Shown here piece after piece: positions 55,848 through 64,000 of a stretch of 64,000 nt of DNA. Position numbers and translations under genes: made by a program. Position 1 is the first letter of the stretch. Each line of letters opens with the position of its first letter. The stretch is from Microgenomates group bacterium (lineage in GTDB: Bacteria; Patescibacteriota; Microgenomatia; PFEM01; JBNASD01): the NCBI GenBank assembly GCA_049720225.1, contig JBNASD010000004.1, positions 1,117 through 65,116 of the forward strand, in the 5' to 3' direction. A model generated the notes under the pieces. The model saw nothing but the letters and a program-made list of their open reading frames with translations. It was not told where the DNA came from and did no database searches.

Positions 55848-57911
55848 ATGCTATCTGATTTTTTATTTATTTTATATTGGTGGATATTACTTTTTGGAAT
55901 AGGGGTAGTTTTTTTGCCTTTAACCTTTTTAATTTTTGAAAATTTTTTTGATAAAGGTTATGTGTTTTCCAAGATTTTAGGTATATTAATTATTTCCTAC
56001 TTAACTTGGCTTTTAGGAAGCTTAAGAATACTTCCTTTTACGAACTCGACGATTTGGTTATTAATTTTCTTTAGTGTTTCCTTAAATTACTATTTACTTT
56101 TAAAAAGCAAAAATTCAAAAGTAAAAAATAAAAATTTAAAATTTAAAATTCTTTTAAGTAAAAAATGGAAAATATTTGTTTTTGAGGAAATTTTGTTTTT
56201 GAGTACTTTAGCCTTTTGGTCTTTTATTCGTGGTTTTCAACCCAGTATTCAAGGTTTAGAAAAATTTATGGATTATGGTTTTGTTAACTCTATCTTGCGT
56301 TCTAAATATTTTCCTCCAGTAGATATGTGGTTAGCAGGAGAAACAATAAATTACTATTATTTTGGTCATTTAGTTTCCGCAGTTTTGACTAAACTTTCCG
56401 AAATTGATTCGGCGATTACTTATAACTTAATGATGGCGACTTTATTTGCTTTTACTTTTACTGGAGCTTTTTGCTTTGGAGCAAACCTTGTTTCCAATTT
56501 AAAATTTAAAATTTTAAACTTTAAGTTGGTTACAACAGGAGGCATAATGACAGCTTTTTTATTAAGTTTAGGTAGCAATCTTCATCCACTTTGGTATTTT
56601 CTTAAAAATAGTAGTTACAAAGGTTATTGGTATCCTGATGCAACAAGATTTATAGTACAAATTTTTGGTGCTAAAGATAACACTATTCACGAGTTCCCTG
56701 CTTATAGTTTTGTAGTTGCTGACTTACATGGTCATCTTTTAAATTTGCCCTTTGTTATTCTTTTTTTATCATTGATGCTTTCTTTTGTTATAGATATAAA
56801 CAAAGATTGGAAGTTGAGAAATGAAAATTTAATTATTTCCTCATTACTACTAGGGACTTTTTATGTGACTAACACATGGGACTTTGCAATTTATAATTTA
56901 GTTTTTGGGGGGTTAATTTTGTTATTTAATTATTTAAGATATAAATTTGCGTTGTTAACAATTTTAGATACCGCAAGGATTGTTTTTCCAGTTTTTATTG
57001 GATCATTTTTATTTAGTTTGCCATTTCATATTAAATTTAAAAGCTTAGTAGGGGGGATTGCTTTTGCTGATTTTCATTCGCCATTATGGATGCTTTTAGT
57101 TTTATGGGGATTTCCCTTATTTATTTTTTTAAGTTTTCTATTGTTTATTAAACTAAAAAAAGATGAATTATTAATTGCCGATTATTTTATTCTTCTTATT
57201 TGGGGAGTTTCTTGGTTTTTAATTATTTTTCCGGAATTTTTCTATATTAAAGATATTTACACTCATTCTTACCAAAGAGCTAATACTATGTTTAAGCTAA
57301 CTTATCAATCTTTTGTTATGTTTTATTTAACTAGTTTTTATATAATTTTTAAAATAATAATTTCACTAAAAAAGGGCATTTTAAAGTTTTTATTTTTAAA
57401 TTTAAACTTTATTTTCTTAATTTTTATATTAGGAATTTATCCTTATTTTGCTATTAAATCTTATTATGGATTAAAAATTTATCGTGGTCTTTATGGACTT
57501 GATTTTCTTAGACGTAATTATTCCGATGACTATCAAGCAATTTTGTGGTTGAAAAAAAATATTCACGGTCAACCCGTTATTGTAGAAGCAGTAGGGGAAA
57601 GTTATACTGATTTTGCTCGGGTTTCCGTTAATACTGGTTTACCAACAATTCTAGGTTGGCGAGTTCATGAATGGCTTTGGCGAGGCTCTTTTGACGAGCC
57701 GGGAAAAAGAACTGGAGAAGTTCAAGAAATTTACGAATCAAGAGATTTAAGAAGAACAAAAATGCTTTTGGATAAATATAATGCAGAATATGTTTTTATT
57801 GGAACTTTAGAAAGACAGCAGTATCCAAATCTTAATGAAGAAAAATTTGAAAATTTGGGAAAATTAGTTTTTGTTTCCGGAAACACAAAAATTTACAAAA
57901 TTGACCGCTAA
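55848..57911 (+). CDS. Large polytopic membrane protein with C-terminal soluble domain (YfhO/DUF2298-like putative glycosyltransferase)
   Basis: 687 aa, about 14 TM helices, and a C-terminal ~150-aa hydrophilic domain. Confidence 0.35.
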   Translation: MLSDFLFILYWWILLFGIGVVFLPLTFLIFENFFDKGYVFSKILGILIISYLTWLLGSLRILPFTNSTIWLLIFFSVSLNYYLLLKSKNSKVKNKNLKFKILLSKKWKIFVFEEILFLSTLAFWSFIRGFQPSIQGLEKFMDYGFVNSILRSKYFPPVDMWLAGETINYYYFGHLVSAVLTKLSEIDSAITYNLMMATLFAFTFTGAFCFGANLVSNLKFKILNFKLVTTGGIMTAFLLSLGSNLHPLWYFLKNSSYKGYWYPDATRFIVQIFGAKDNTIHEFPAYSFVVADLHGHLLNLPFVILFLSLMLSFVIDINKDWKLRNENLIISSLLLGTFYVTNTWDFAIYNLVFGGLILLFNYLRYKFALLTILDTARIVFPVFIGSFLFSLPFHIKFKSLVGGIAFADFHSPLWMLLVLWGFPLFIFLSFLLFIKLKKDELLIADYFILLIWGVSWFLIIFPEFFYIKDIYTHSYQRANTMFKLTYQSFVMFYLTSFYIIFKIIISLKKGILKFLFLNLNFIFLIFILGIYPYFAIKSYYGLKIYRGLYGLDFLRRNYSDDYQAILWLKKNIHGQPVIVEAVGESYTDFARVSVNTGLPTILGWRVHEWLWRGSFDEPGKRTGEVQEIYESRDLRRTKMLLDKYNAEYVFIGTLERQQYPNLNEEKFENLGKLVFVSGNTKIYKIDR

Positions 57912-58831
57912 TTATTTAAGAGTTCATTAACATATTTTTTTACGTCTTGCCAATCTTCTTTTTTAGGGATTAAAACCCATTGATTATCATATTTTTCTTT
58001 ATTCTTTGGATTAATTAAGAATTGATCGTTTAGAATTGCAGTTTTTATATTTTTATTTTTTATAGTTATACCTAACTTTAATAATTGCCAATAATCTTGG
58101 GGCGGAATATCAGTTTTAATATTTAAATTAATTAGTTTAATTAATTGGATTACCTTTCTTGGGGAAGAAAGAAATTCAAAAGATAAAATTTTATTTTTAA
58201 TTGCCAAAATTACTTTTTGTTGGCGCTGTGCCCGGGCAAAATCAGTTCCTTCTTCTCCCGAGGCATTTCGAGAACGAACGAATTTTAAAGCGGTTTCTCC
58301 ATCCATTAATTGTTTCCCTGCTTCAAAATGAACATGTTCGTAGCGACATTTAAATTCAGGATCACCATTACATAAATCATTTTCTTTTCCAGCAATTGGA
58401 TATTTATAATCATCAAAACTTCGTTCAACGTCTACTTCAATTCCTCCCAAAAAATCAATAATTTTTTTGAAAATGTTAAAGTCAACAATTATTCCGTAAT
58501 CTGGTTTTTGACCAATAATTTCCTCAATAGTATTTTTGGTTTCTTGCAGTCCTTTATAATGATAAACACTATTTATTTTTATTCGCCATTGAGGAATCCA
58601 AATATCGCGGGGAATAGATAAAAGGAGGATATTCTTTGCTGAGGGATTAAGAGAAATGAAAATGATTGTATCAGTAAGATCTTTTCCTGGATGGTTTTCT
58701 CCCCCTATTCCTAAAATTAAAATATTTGTTGGTTTAAGAGGGATTTTTTTCCAAAAATACCAAAAATAAAAACTTCCACCTAATCCCAAGATAATTAAAA
58801 ATAAACAAATAAAAATAATTAATTTTTTCAT
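57908..58831 (-). CDS. LytR-CpsA-Psr (LCP) family phosphotransferase
   Basis: N-terminal TM, then NILILGIGGENHPGKDLTDTIIFISLNP...LLSIPRDIWIP matching the LCP core. Confidence 0.8.
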   Translation of the reverse strand: MKKLIIFICLFLIILGLGGSFYFWYFWKKIPLKPTNILILGIGGENHPGKDLTDTIIFISLNPSAKNILLLSIPRDIWIPQWRIKINSVYHYKGLQETKNTIEEIIGQKPDYGIIVDFNIFKKIIDFLGGIEVDVERSFDDYKYPIAGKENDLCNGDPEFKCRYEHVHFEAGKQLMDGETALKFVRSRNASGEEGTDFARAQRQQKVILAIKNKILSFEFLSSPRKVIQLIKLINLNIKTDIPPQDYWQLLKLGITIKNKNIKTAILNDQFLINPKNKEKYDNQWVLIPKKEDWQDVKKYVNELLNN

Positions 58832-58846
58832 GTTAAAATTAGATTA

Positions 58847-60697
58847 ATGAACGATGATATTTTAGCGCAATTAAATCCATCTCAGCAAGAAGCAGTAAAA
58901 TATTTAGGAGGGCCTCTTTTAATTTTAGCCGGTCCAGGTTCGGGAAAAACGCGGGTTTTGACTTATAAAGCAGTTTGGTTAATTAAGAAAAAATTTTTTC
59001 CTCAAGAAATTCTTCTTTTAACGTTTACTAATAAAGCAGCTGATGAAATGAAGCAAAGAATTATTAGTCTTTTAAATAAAAAAATTAACCATTTTCCTTT
59101 TGCAGGAACATTTCATTCTTTTTGCGTTCGGGTTTTGCGTCAGGATGGGGAAAAAATCGGTATTCCCTCCGATTTTATTATTTACGATGAAGATGATCAG
59201 AAAGAATTAATTAAACAAGCAATGGGAGAGATTAATATTTCTTCAGAAAAATTTTCTCCCATTTCAATTTTAAAAACAATTTCTCAGGCTAAAAACGAAC
59301 TAATTTCTGCCTTAGAATATCCTCAATATATTAATGGAGACTATCAGTTTACAATTGCCAGAATATATTTAACTTATGAAAGATTATTAAAAAAATATCA
59401 TGCCTTAGATTTTGATGATTTAATTTTAAAAACCGTTTTTCTTTTTCAGAATAATCCAGAAATTTTAAGAAAATATCAAAATAGATTTAGGTATTTTCTT
59501 ATTGATGAATATCAAGATACTAATCAAGCTCAATATCTTTTAACTAAACTTTTGGCAGGAAAAACAAAAAATCTTACAGTAGTAGGAGATGCTTGCCAAG
59601 CAATTTACGGTTTTAGAGGGGCTAATTATCGTAATCTTTTAAATCTTAAGGAAGACTTTCCTAATTTAAAAATTATTAATCTTGAGGAAAACTATCGCTC
59701 AACAAAAATTATTCTAAATGCTGCTTGGGATTTGATCAGAAAAAATACTACTCATCCAGTTTTAAAACTTTATACCACTAATCCAAAAGGAGACCCAATT
59801 ACTTTATATCAGGCAAAAGATCAAGAAGACGAAGCTTTATTTATTGTAAAAACGATTAAAAATTCTTCTCGTTTTCTTTCTGATTTTGCCGTGTTATATC
59901 GAACCAATGCTCAATCGAGAGTAATTGAAGAAGCATTTTTAAAAGCGGGAATCCCTTATATTTTAGTAGGAGGATTTCGCTTTTATGAAAGAAAAGAAAT
60001 TAAAGATTGTATTGCTTATTTAAGATTGCTTATTAATCCCAAAGAAGAGGTTTCCTTAAAAAGGGTTAAACTTCTGGGTAAAAAACGTTTTAAAAAATTC
60101 GAAGAATTTCGGAAAAAATTTATTTGGCAAAATTATTCTTCGCTGGAAATTTTAGATAAAGTTTTAGAAGTAACCAATTATTTAGAAAAATTTAATTCCC
60201 AAAAAGAAGAAGATTTTTCTCGGTTAGAAAATATTAAAGAACTTCGTTCGGTAGCAGCAGAATACCCTTCCTTAGTTGATTTTCTTGAAAGAGTTAGCCT
60301 TCTATCTCAAGAATATTTAATTACTTCTTCTAATTCTAACGGAGAAAAAAAAGCAGTAACTTTAATGACCGTTCATGCAGCAAAAGGAACCGAATTTCCC
60401 GTTATTTTTTTGGTAGGAATGGAGGAAGGGTTATTTCCTCATCTTAAAAGCTTAGATGATAAAGAGGGAATTGAAGAAGAAAGAAGGTTATGTTATGTAG
60501 GAATAACTAGGGCAAAAGAAAAAATCTATTTAAGTTTTGCTTATTCAAGGTTTTATTTTGGGCGATGGTTTCATTCGCTACCCTCTCGGTTTTTATCTGA
60601 TTTATCACCCGATTATTTAGAGTTAATTATTAGTCCTTATTTAAAGGAAGATAAGAAAGAAAATGAACAAATTCAAAATTCAGGAGATTTCTTCTGA
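58847..60697 (+). CDS. UvrD/PcrA/Rep-family SF1 DNA helicase
   Basis: LNPSQQEAVKYLGGPLLILAGPGSGKTRVLT (motif I/Q) and LIDEYQDTN (motif II). 616 aa, no nuclease domain. Confidence 0.85.
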   Translation: MNDDILAQLNPSQQEAVKYLGGPLLILAGPGSGKTRVLTYKAVWLIKKKFFPQEILLLTFTNKAADEMKQRIISLLNKKINHFPFAGTFHSFCVRVLRQDGEKIGIPSDFIIYDEDDQKELIKQAMGEINISSEKFSPISILKTISQAKNELISALEYPQYINGDYQFTIARIYLTYERLLKKYHALDFDDLILKTVFLFQNNPEILRKYQNRFRYFLIDEYQDTNQAQYLLTKLLAGKTKNLTVVGDACQAIYGFRGANYRNLLNLKEDFPNLKIINLEENYRSTKIILNAAWDLIRKNTTHPVLKLYTTNPKGDPITLYQAKDQEDEALFIVKTIKNSSRFLSDFAVLYRTNAQSRVIEEAFLKAGIPYILVGGFRFYERKEIKDCIAYLRLLINPKEEVSLKRVKLLGKKRFKKFEEFRKKFIWQNYSSLEILDKVLEVTNYLEKFNSQKEEDFSRLENIKELRSVAAEYPSLVDFLERVSLLSQEYLITSSNSNGEKKAVTLMTVHAAKGTEFPVIFLVGMEEGLFPHLKSLDDKEGIEEERRLCYVGITRAKEKIYLSFAYSRFYFGRWFHSLPSRFLSDLSPDYLELIISPYLKEDKKENEQIQNSGDFF

Positions 60698-61700
60698 ATA
60701 TAAAGATCAATTTAATAAAGTAGTCAATCATCCTCTCCAAAGTTGGGAGTGGGGGGAGTTTAGAAAAAAAACAGGAGTAGAAGTAGTCCGCTTGGGGGTT
60801 TTTGACAATAATCAATTAAAAGAAGGGTGGCAGTTATTTTTTCATTCTCTTCCAAAATTACCTTTTAAGATAGGTTACTTTCCTCGTGGGCCAAAGCCAA
60901 ACAAAAAAATGTTAATGGTTTTAGAGGAGATTGGCAAAAAAAAGAAAGCAATTTTTATCAAAATTGAACCGAATGTTGCTTTTCCCTATCCTTCTTTGGA
61001 AATTAAAAAAATAAAAAAAGAACTGTTGAAAAATAAAAATTTAAAGGAAGGAAAGCCTCTTTTTACGCGATTTAGTTTTTGGTTGGATTTAAAAAAAGAT
61101 GAAGAAGAAATTTTAAAGGCAATGAAACCAAAAACTCGCTATAATATTCGGTTGGCTTTTCGCAAAGGAGTAAAAGTTGAAGAAGATAATTCTTTTTCTG
61201 CTTTTAAAATCTACTTAAACCTTCTTAAAGAGACTACTAAAAGACAAAAATTTTACGCTCATACTCCCTTATACCACCAACTTTTGTGGGAAACTTTAAA
61301 AGATAGCGGAATTTATCATTTACTTTTGGCGAAGTATCAAAAAGAAGTTTTAGCCGCTTATATTTTTTTTACTTTTAAGGATTTTTTGTATTATCCTTAT
61401 GGCGCTTCTACTAGAAGTCATAAGGAATTAATGGCTCCTTATGCTTTGTTTTGGCAGGCAATTAAAATGGCAAAAGAAAAAGGATGTTGCGCTTTTGACA
61501 TGTGGGGAGCTTTAGGACCTAATCCTTCTTCAAAAGATCCTTGGTTTGGATTTCATCGTTTTAAAGAAGGATTTAATCCTCAATTAATGGAATTTTTAGG
61601 TAGTTTTGACTTGGTTCTTTCTTGGCCGCTTTACTTTCTTTTTCGCGGAGGGGATTTTTTGCGCTGGTTTTTTCTCCGCTTTTTCCGTCACTTGTTTTAA
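60663..61700 (+). CDS. FemAB-family peptidoglycan branch aminoacyl-transferase-like protein
   Basis: MKPKTRYNIRLAFRKGVKVEE and the overall twin-GNAT layout of FemABX. Confidence 0.55.
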   Translation: MNKFKIQEISSEYKDQFNKVVNHPLQSWEWGEFRKKTGVEVVRLGVFDNNQLKEGWQLFFHSLPKLPFKIGYFPRGPKPNKKMLMVLEEIGKKKKAIFIKIEPNVAFPYPSLEIKKIKKELLKNKNLKEGKPLFTRFSFWLDLKKDEEEILKAMKPKTRYNIRLAFRKGVKVEEDNSFSAFKIYLNLLKETTKRQKFYAHTPLYHQLLWETLKDSGIYHLLLAKYQKEVLAAYIFFTFKDFLYYPYGASTRSHKELMAPYALFWQAIKMAKEKGCCAFDMWGALGPNPSSKDPWFGFHRFKEGFNPQLMEFLGSFDLVLSWPLYFLFRGGDFLRWFFLRFFRHLF

Positions 61701-61925
61701 AATTTTGGCCAATTGAGACTTTAATCTTGCCGCTTTATTTTTATGAATGACTTTATTTTTTGCTGCCCGATCAATTAAACTTACCGCTAACCTAAACGTT
61801 TTTTCATTGATATTTTTTTTAAACGCTTTAATGGCGTCTTTCATTTTCTTTTTTCTTTTTTGATTAATGATTGTTCGCCGACGATCTTTTCTTAAAGCTC
61901 GTTTAGCTGACTGGGTAACTGGCAT
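61596..61925 (-). CDS. rpsT: Ribosomal protein bS20 with Lys-rich C-terminal extension
   Basis: MPVTQSAKRALRKDRRRTIINQKRKKKMKDAIKAFKK matches the S20 N-terminal pattern. Confidence 0.6.
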   Translation of the reverse strand: MPVTQSAKRALRKDRRRTIINQKRKKKMKDAIKAFKKNINEKTFRLAVSLIDRAAKNKVIHKNKAARLKSQLAKILKQVTEKAEKKPAQKIPSAKKKVKRPRKNQVKTT

Positions 61926-61999
61926 AATATTTATTAAAACTTCTTTATAACTTTTAATTATTGTCTTAAAAATTATACCGTTTTATAATTAAAAAAGCA

Positions 62000-63703
62000 A
62001 TGATCAAACTTCTTTTTAAAAACGGTTCCAAGATTCTTACCCAACAACAAAAAAGTATTTTTTCGGCAGCCTTAATAATTATGGTAATGATTGCTGCCTC
62101 GCGAATTTTGGGATTGTTAAGAAATCGAGTTTTAGCTCACTTTTTTTCTCCAGAAACTTTGTCTATTTATTTTTCTGCATTTCGTTTGCCAGAAACTATT
62201 TTTGAGGTTTTAATTTTTGGTACTTTATCTTCAGCTTTTATTCCTACTTTTACTGCTTATCTTTCTAAAAGAGAAGAAAAAGAAGCATGGTATATTACTT
62301 CTGTGGTGATTAATTTAGGATTGATATTTTTTCTAATTTTAGCAACTTTATTTTTTGTTTTAAGTAGACCTTTATATCAACTAATTGCGCCGGGATTTTC
62401 TTGCTCTCAAAGAGAGCTTATTGTTAATTTATCGCGAATTCTTTTAATTGCTCAAGGTTTTTTTGTTCTTAGTTATTTTTTAACCGCGGTTTTAGAATCT
62501 TTTCAACGATTTTTAATTCCGGCAATTTCTCCTTTATTTTATAATTTAGGAATTATTTTGGGAACAATTTTTTTAGCTAAAAAATGGGGAATTTATGCAC
62601 CAACTTTGGGAGCAGTAATTGGGGCTTTTTTTCATTTTTTAATTCAACTTCCCTTAGCTTATCATTTAGGTTTTCGGCCTTCTTTAGTTTTTAATGTCTT
62701 TCATCCGGGGGTAAGAAAAATTGGCAAATTGGCTCTTCCTCGAATACTTGAGCTTTCTTTTTTGCAGATTAGCAAAAGCGCAGAATTGTTTTTAGCTTCT
62801 TTAGTTTCTACCGCCGCTTATACTTATTATACCTTTGCCAATTCCTTACAGCTTTTACCTGTAGGCCTTTTTGGAACTAGTATCGCCAAGGCGGCTCTTC
62901 CTTCATTATCATATCAAAACGCTCGAGGAGATCAGGAGGAATTTAAGAATACTTTGATTTCTTTGGTTAAACAAATTATTTTTTTGACTTTACCTCTTTC
63001 TGTTTTTTTAGTAGTTTTGCGTATTCCCTTAGTTCGTCTTGTTTTTGGGGCAGCGCAATTTACTTGGGAGTCAACGGTTCAAACCGGTTTGACAGTTTCT
63101 GCTTTTTGTTTAGGAATTGCCCCCCAGTCTTTAGTTTATCTTTTGAATCGCGCCTTTTATGCCTTTCATGATACCAAAACGCCGGTAAAGATTTCTATAA
63201 TTACCATGTTGATAAATATTCTCCTAGGGGCAATTTTTATTTTATTATTTAAATTACCCATTTGGAGTTTGGCTTTAGCTTTTTCTTTAGCTGTGGTTAT
63301 TCAAGTTTTAATATTAACGTTTTCTCTTCGGAAAATGGTTAATTTTTCTGTTTTTGATTTATTTTTATATTTAATAAAAATTAGCTTTTGTTCTTTAATT
63401 TCTGGAGGAATAATGTTTTTCTTTTTAAAAGTCTTAGACCGTTCTGTTTGGGATAAGCGACTTTCTTTTTTAGGAAAATTAGGTTTGGCTTTACCGGTAT
63501 CTTTTGATCGATTTGTTTTGGATACGCGATATACTGTAAATTTAATTTTTTTAACTATCATTGTAGGAGCTTTGGGATTAATTACTTATTTTTGTTTAAT
63601 TAAAATTTTAAAAATAGAAGAACTAAAGGTGTTGATTAAACTATTGGTTAGATTTAAACGACCAATAATGGTTCCTCCAATTTCTCCAGAAAAGGATGGT
63701 TAA
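62000..63703 (+). CDS. murJ: Lipid II flippase MurJ (MviN)
   Basis: SRILGLLRNRVLAHFF...FRLPETIFEVLIFGTLSSAFIPTF conserved N-terminal block, 14 TM. 567 aa. Confidence 0.85.
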   Translation: MIKLLFKNGSKILTQQQKSIFSAALIIMVMIAASRILGLLRNRVLAHFFSPETLSIYFSAFRLPETIFEVLIFGTLSSAFIPTFTAYLSKREEKEAWYITSVVINLGLIFFLILATLFFVLSRPLYQLIAPGFSCSQRELIVNLSRILLIAQGFFVLSYFLTAVLESFQRFLIPAISPLFYNLGIILGTIFLAKKWGIYAPTLGAVIGAFFHFLIQLPLAYHLGFRPSLVFNVFHPGVRKIGKLALPRILELSFLQISKSAELFLASLVSTAAYTYYTFANSLQLLPVGLFGTSIAKAALPSLSYQNARGDQEEFKNTLISLVKQIIFLTLPLSVFLVVLRIPLVRLVFGAAQFTWESTVQTGLTVSAFCLGIAPQSLVYLLNRAFYAFHDTKTPVKISIITMLINILLGAIFILLFKLPIWSLALAFSLAVVIQVLILTFSLRKMVNFSVFDLFLYLIKISFCSLISGGIMFFFLKVLDRSVWDKRLSFLGKLGLALPVSFDRFVLDTRYTVNLIFLTIIVGALGLITYFCLIKILKIEELKVLIKLLVRFKRPIMVPPISPEKDG

Positions 63704-63993
63704 ATTTTAGTAAGTTGAAGAAGAACGATATTATTTGAAGTTAAAGGAATTTGTCTTTGAAAGATTCCGTTAGTGATGGAAATTATAAAACGATTATTAA
63801 TTCCTCTTAAAAAAGTTTCTTGGTAAGAGTAGTTTCCGTTTTCAAGATTGTTAATAGTTAAAGGAACATTTTCAAAATGTTGATTATTTTTATCTAAATT
63901 CACAAGAATAATTTTTAAAGTATTTTCCTCTTTACTAGCAAAGCCAGTTACCCAACTTCCTTCACCTTCTAGCTTTATTTTTATCCCCGTCAT
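63700..63993 (-). CDS. Hypothetical protein (possibly C-terminal part of a longer gene starting beyond the window)
   Basis: Open frame reaching 7 nt from the window edge. No motif. Confidence 0.25.
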   Translation of the reverse strand: MTGIKIKLEGEGSWVTGFASKEENTLKIILVNLDKNNQHFENVPLTINNLENGNYSYQETFLRGINNRFIISITNGIFQRQIPLTSNNIVLLQLTKI

Positions 63994-64000
63994 TTTATTA

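Noticed and set aside
1-64000. CRISPR arrays, rRNA genes, alternative genetic code
   Set aside because: No regularly spaced direct repeats and no rRNA-like segments were found. TGA terminates several well-supported genes in frame, so code 25/4 recoding is unlikely.

Overview
The window is AT-rich (about 32-35% GC) and densely packed with short-spacer genes. It looks like a chromosomal segment of a small-genome, Patescibacteria/CPR-like bacterium using the standard genetic code: TGA/TAA/TAG all terminate ORFs and no recoding is evident. Identified content covers glycolysis and sugar kinases (class II aldolase, PfkB kinase) and a large peptidoglycan/envelope set: two paralogous class A PBPs, a D-Ala-D-Ala carboxypeptidase, a beta-lactamase-like hydrolase, FemAB-like, MurJ, LCP, DedA, VanW and four GT-C-like polytopic membrane proteins. 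There is B12-dependent ribonucleotide reductase NrdJ with an overlapping PduO-type adenosyltransferase, and a DNA-repair neighbourhood: 5'-3' exonuclease, Fpg, RecF, ATP-dependent DNA ligase, and two UvrD-type helicases, one fused to a RecB-type nuclease. Translation-related genes are FtsH, TrpRS, ValRS, bL25 and bS20, plus a Fic protein. Four tRNAs are present: Ile-UAU, initiator Met, elongator Met-CAU and Trp-CCA. The most interesting feature is an unannotated 46-aa ORF on the minus strand (36916..36776) with a Cys/Thr/Ser-rich C-terminus (TTKCCATGTCS). It is translationally coupled to a 523-aa protein carrying the LanM-dehydratase-type kinase-like motif (DLHxDN...LLDTE). Together they form a candidate RiPP (lanthipeptide-like) locus, which has not been described in this lineage. 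A second notable feature is an 18-aa ORF with tandem Trp codons and a strong Shine-Dalgarno sequence, followed by an intrinsic terminator directly upstream of tRNA-Trp and trpS. This resembles a pheM-like leader-peptide attenuator. Other features are a tyrosine recombinase abutting tRNA-Ile(UAU) next to a TraD/VirD4-like ATPase, gene-conversion blocks between the two PBP1A paralogs, a G9 homopolymer inside a secreted beta-helix gene, and Thr/Pro-rich tandem repeats in surface proteins. No CRISPR arrays or rRNA genes were seen. All functional calls come from motif recognition by eye; no database searches were run.
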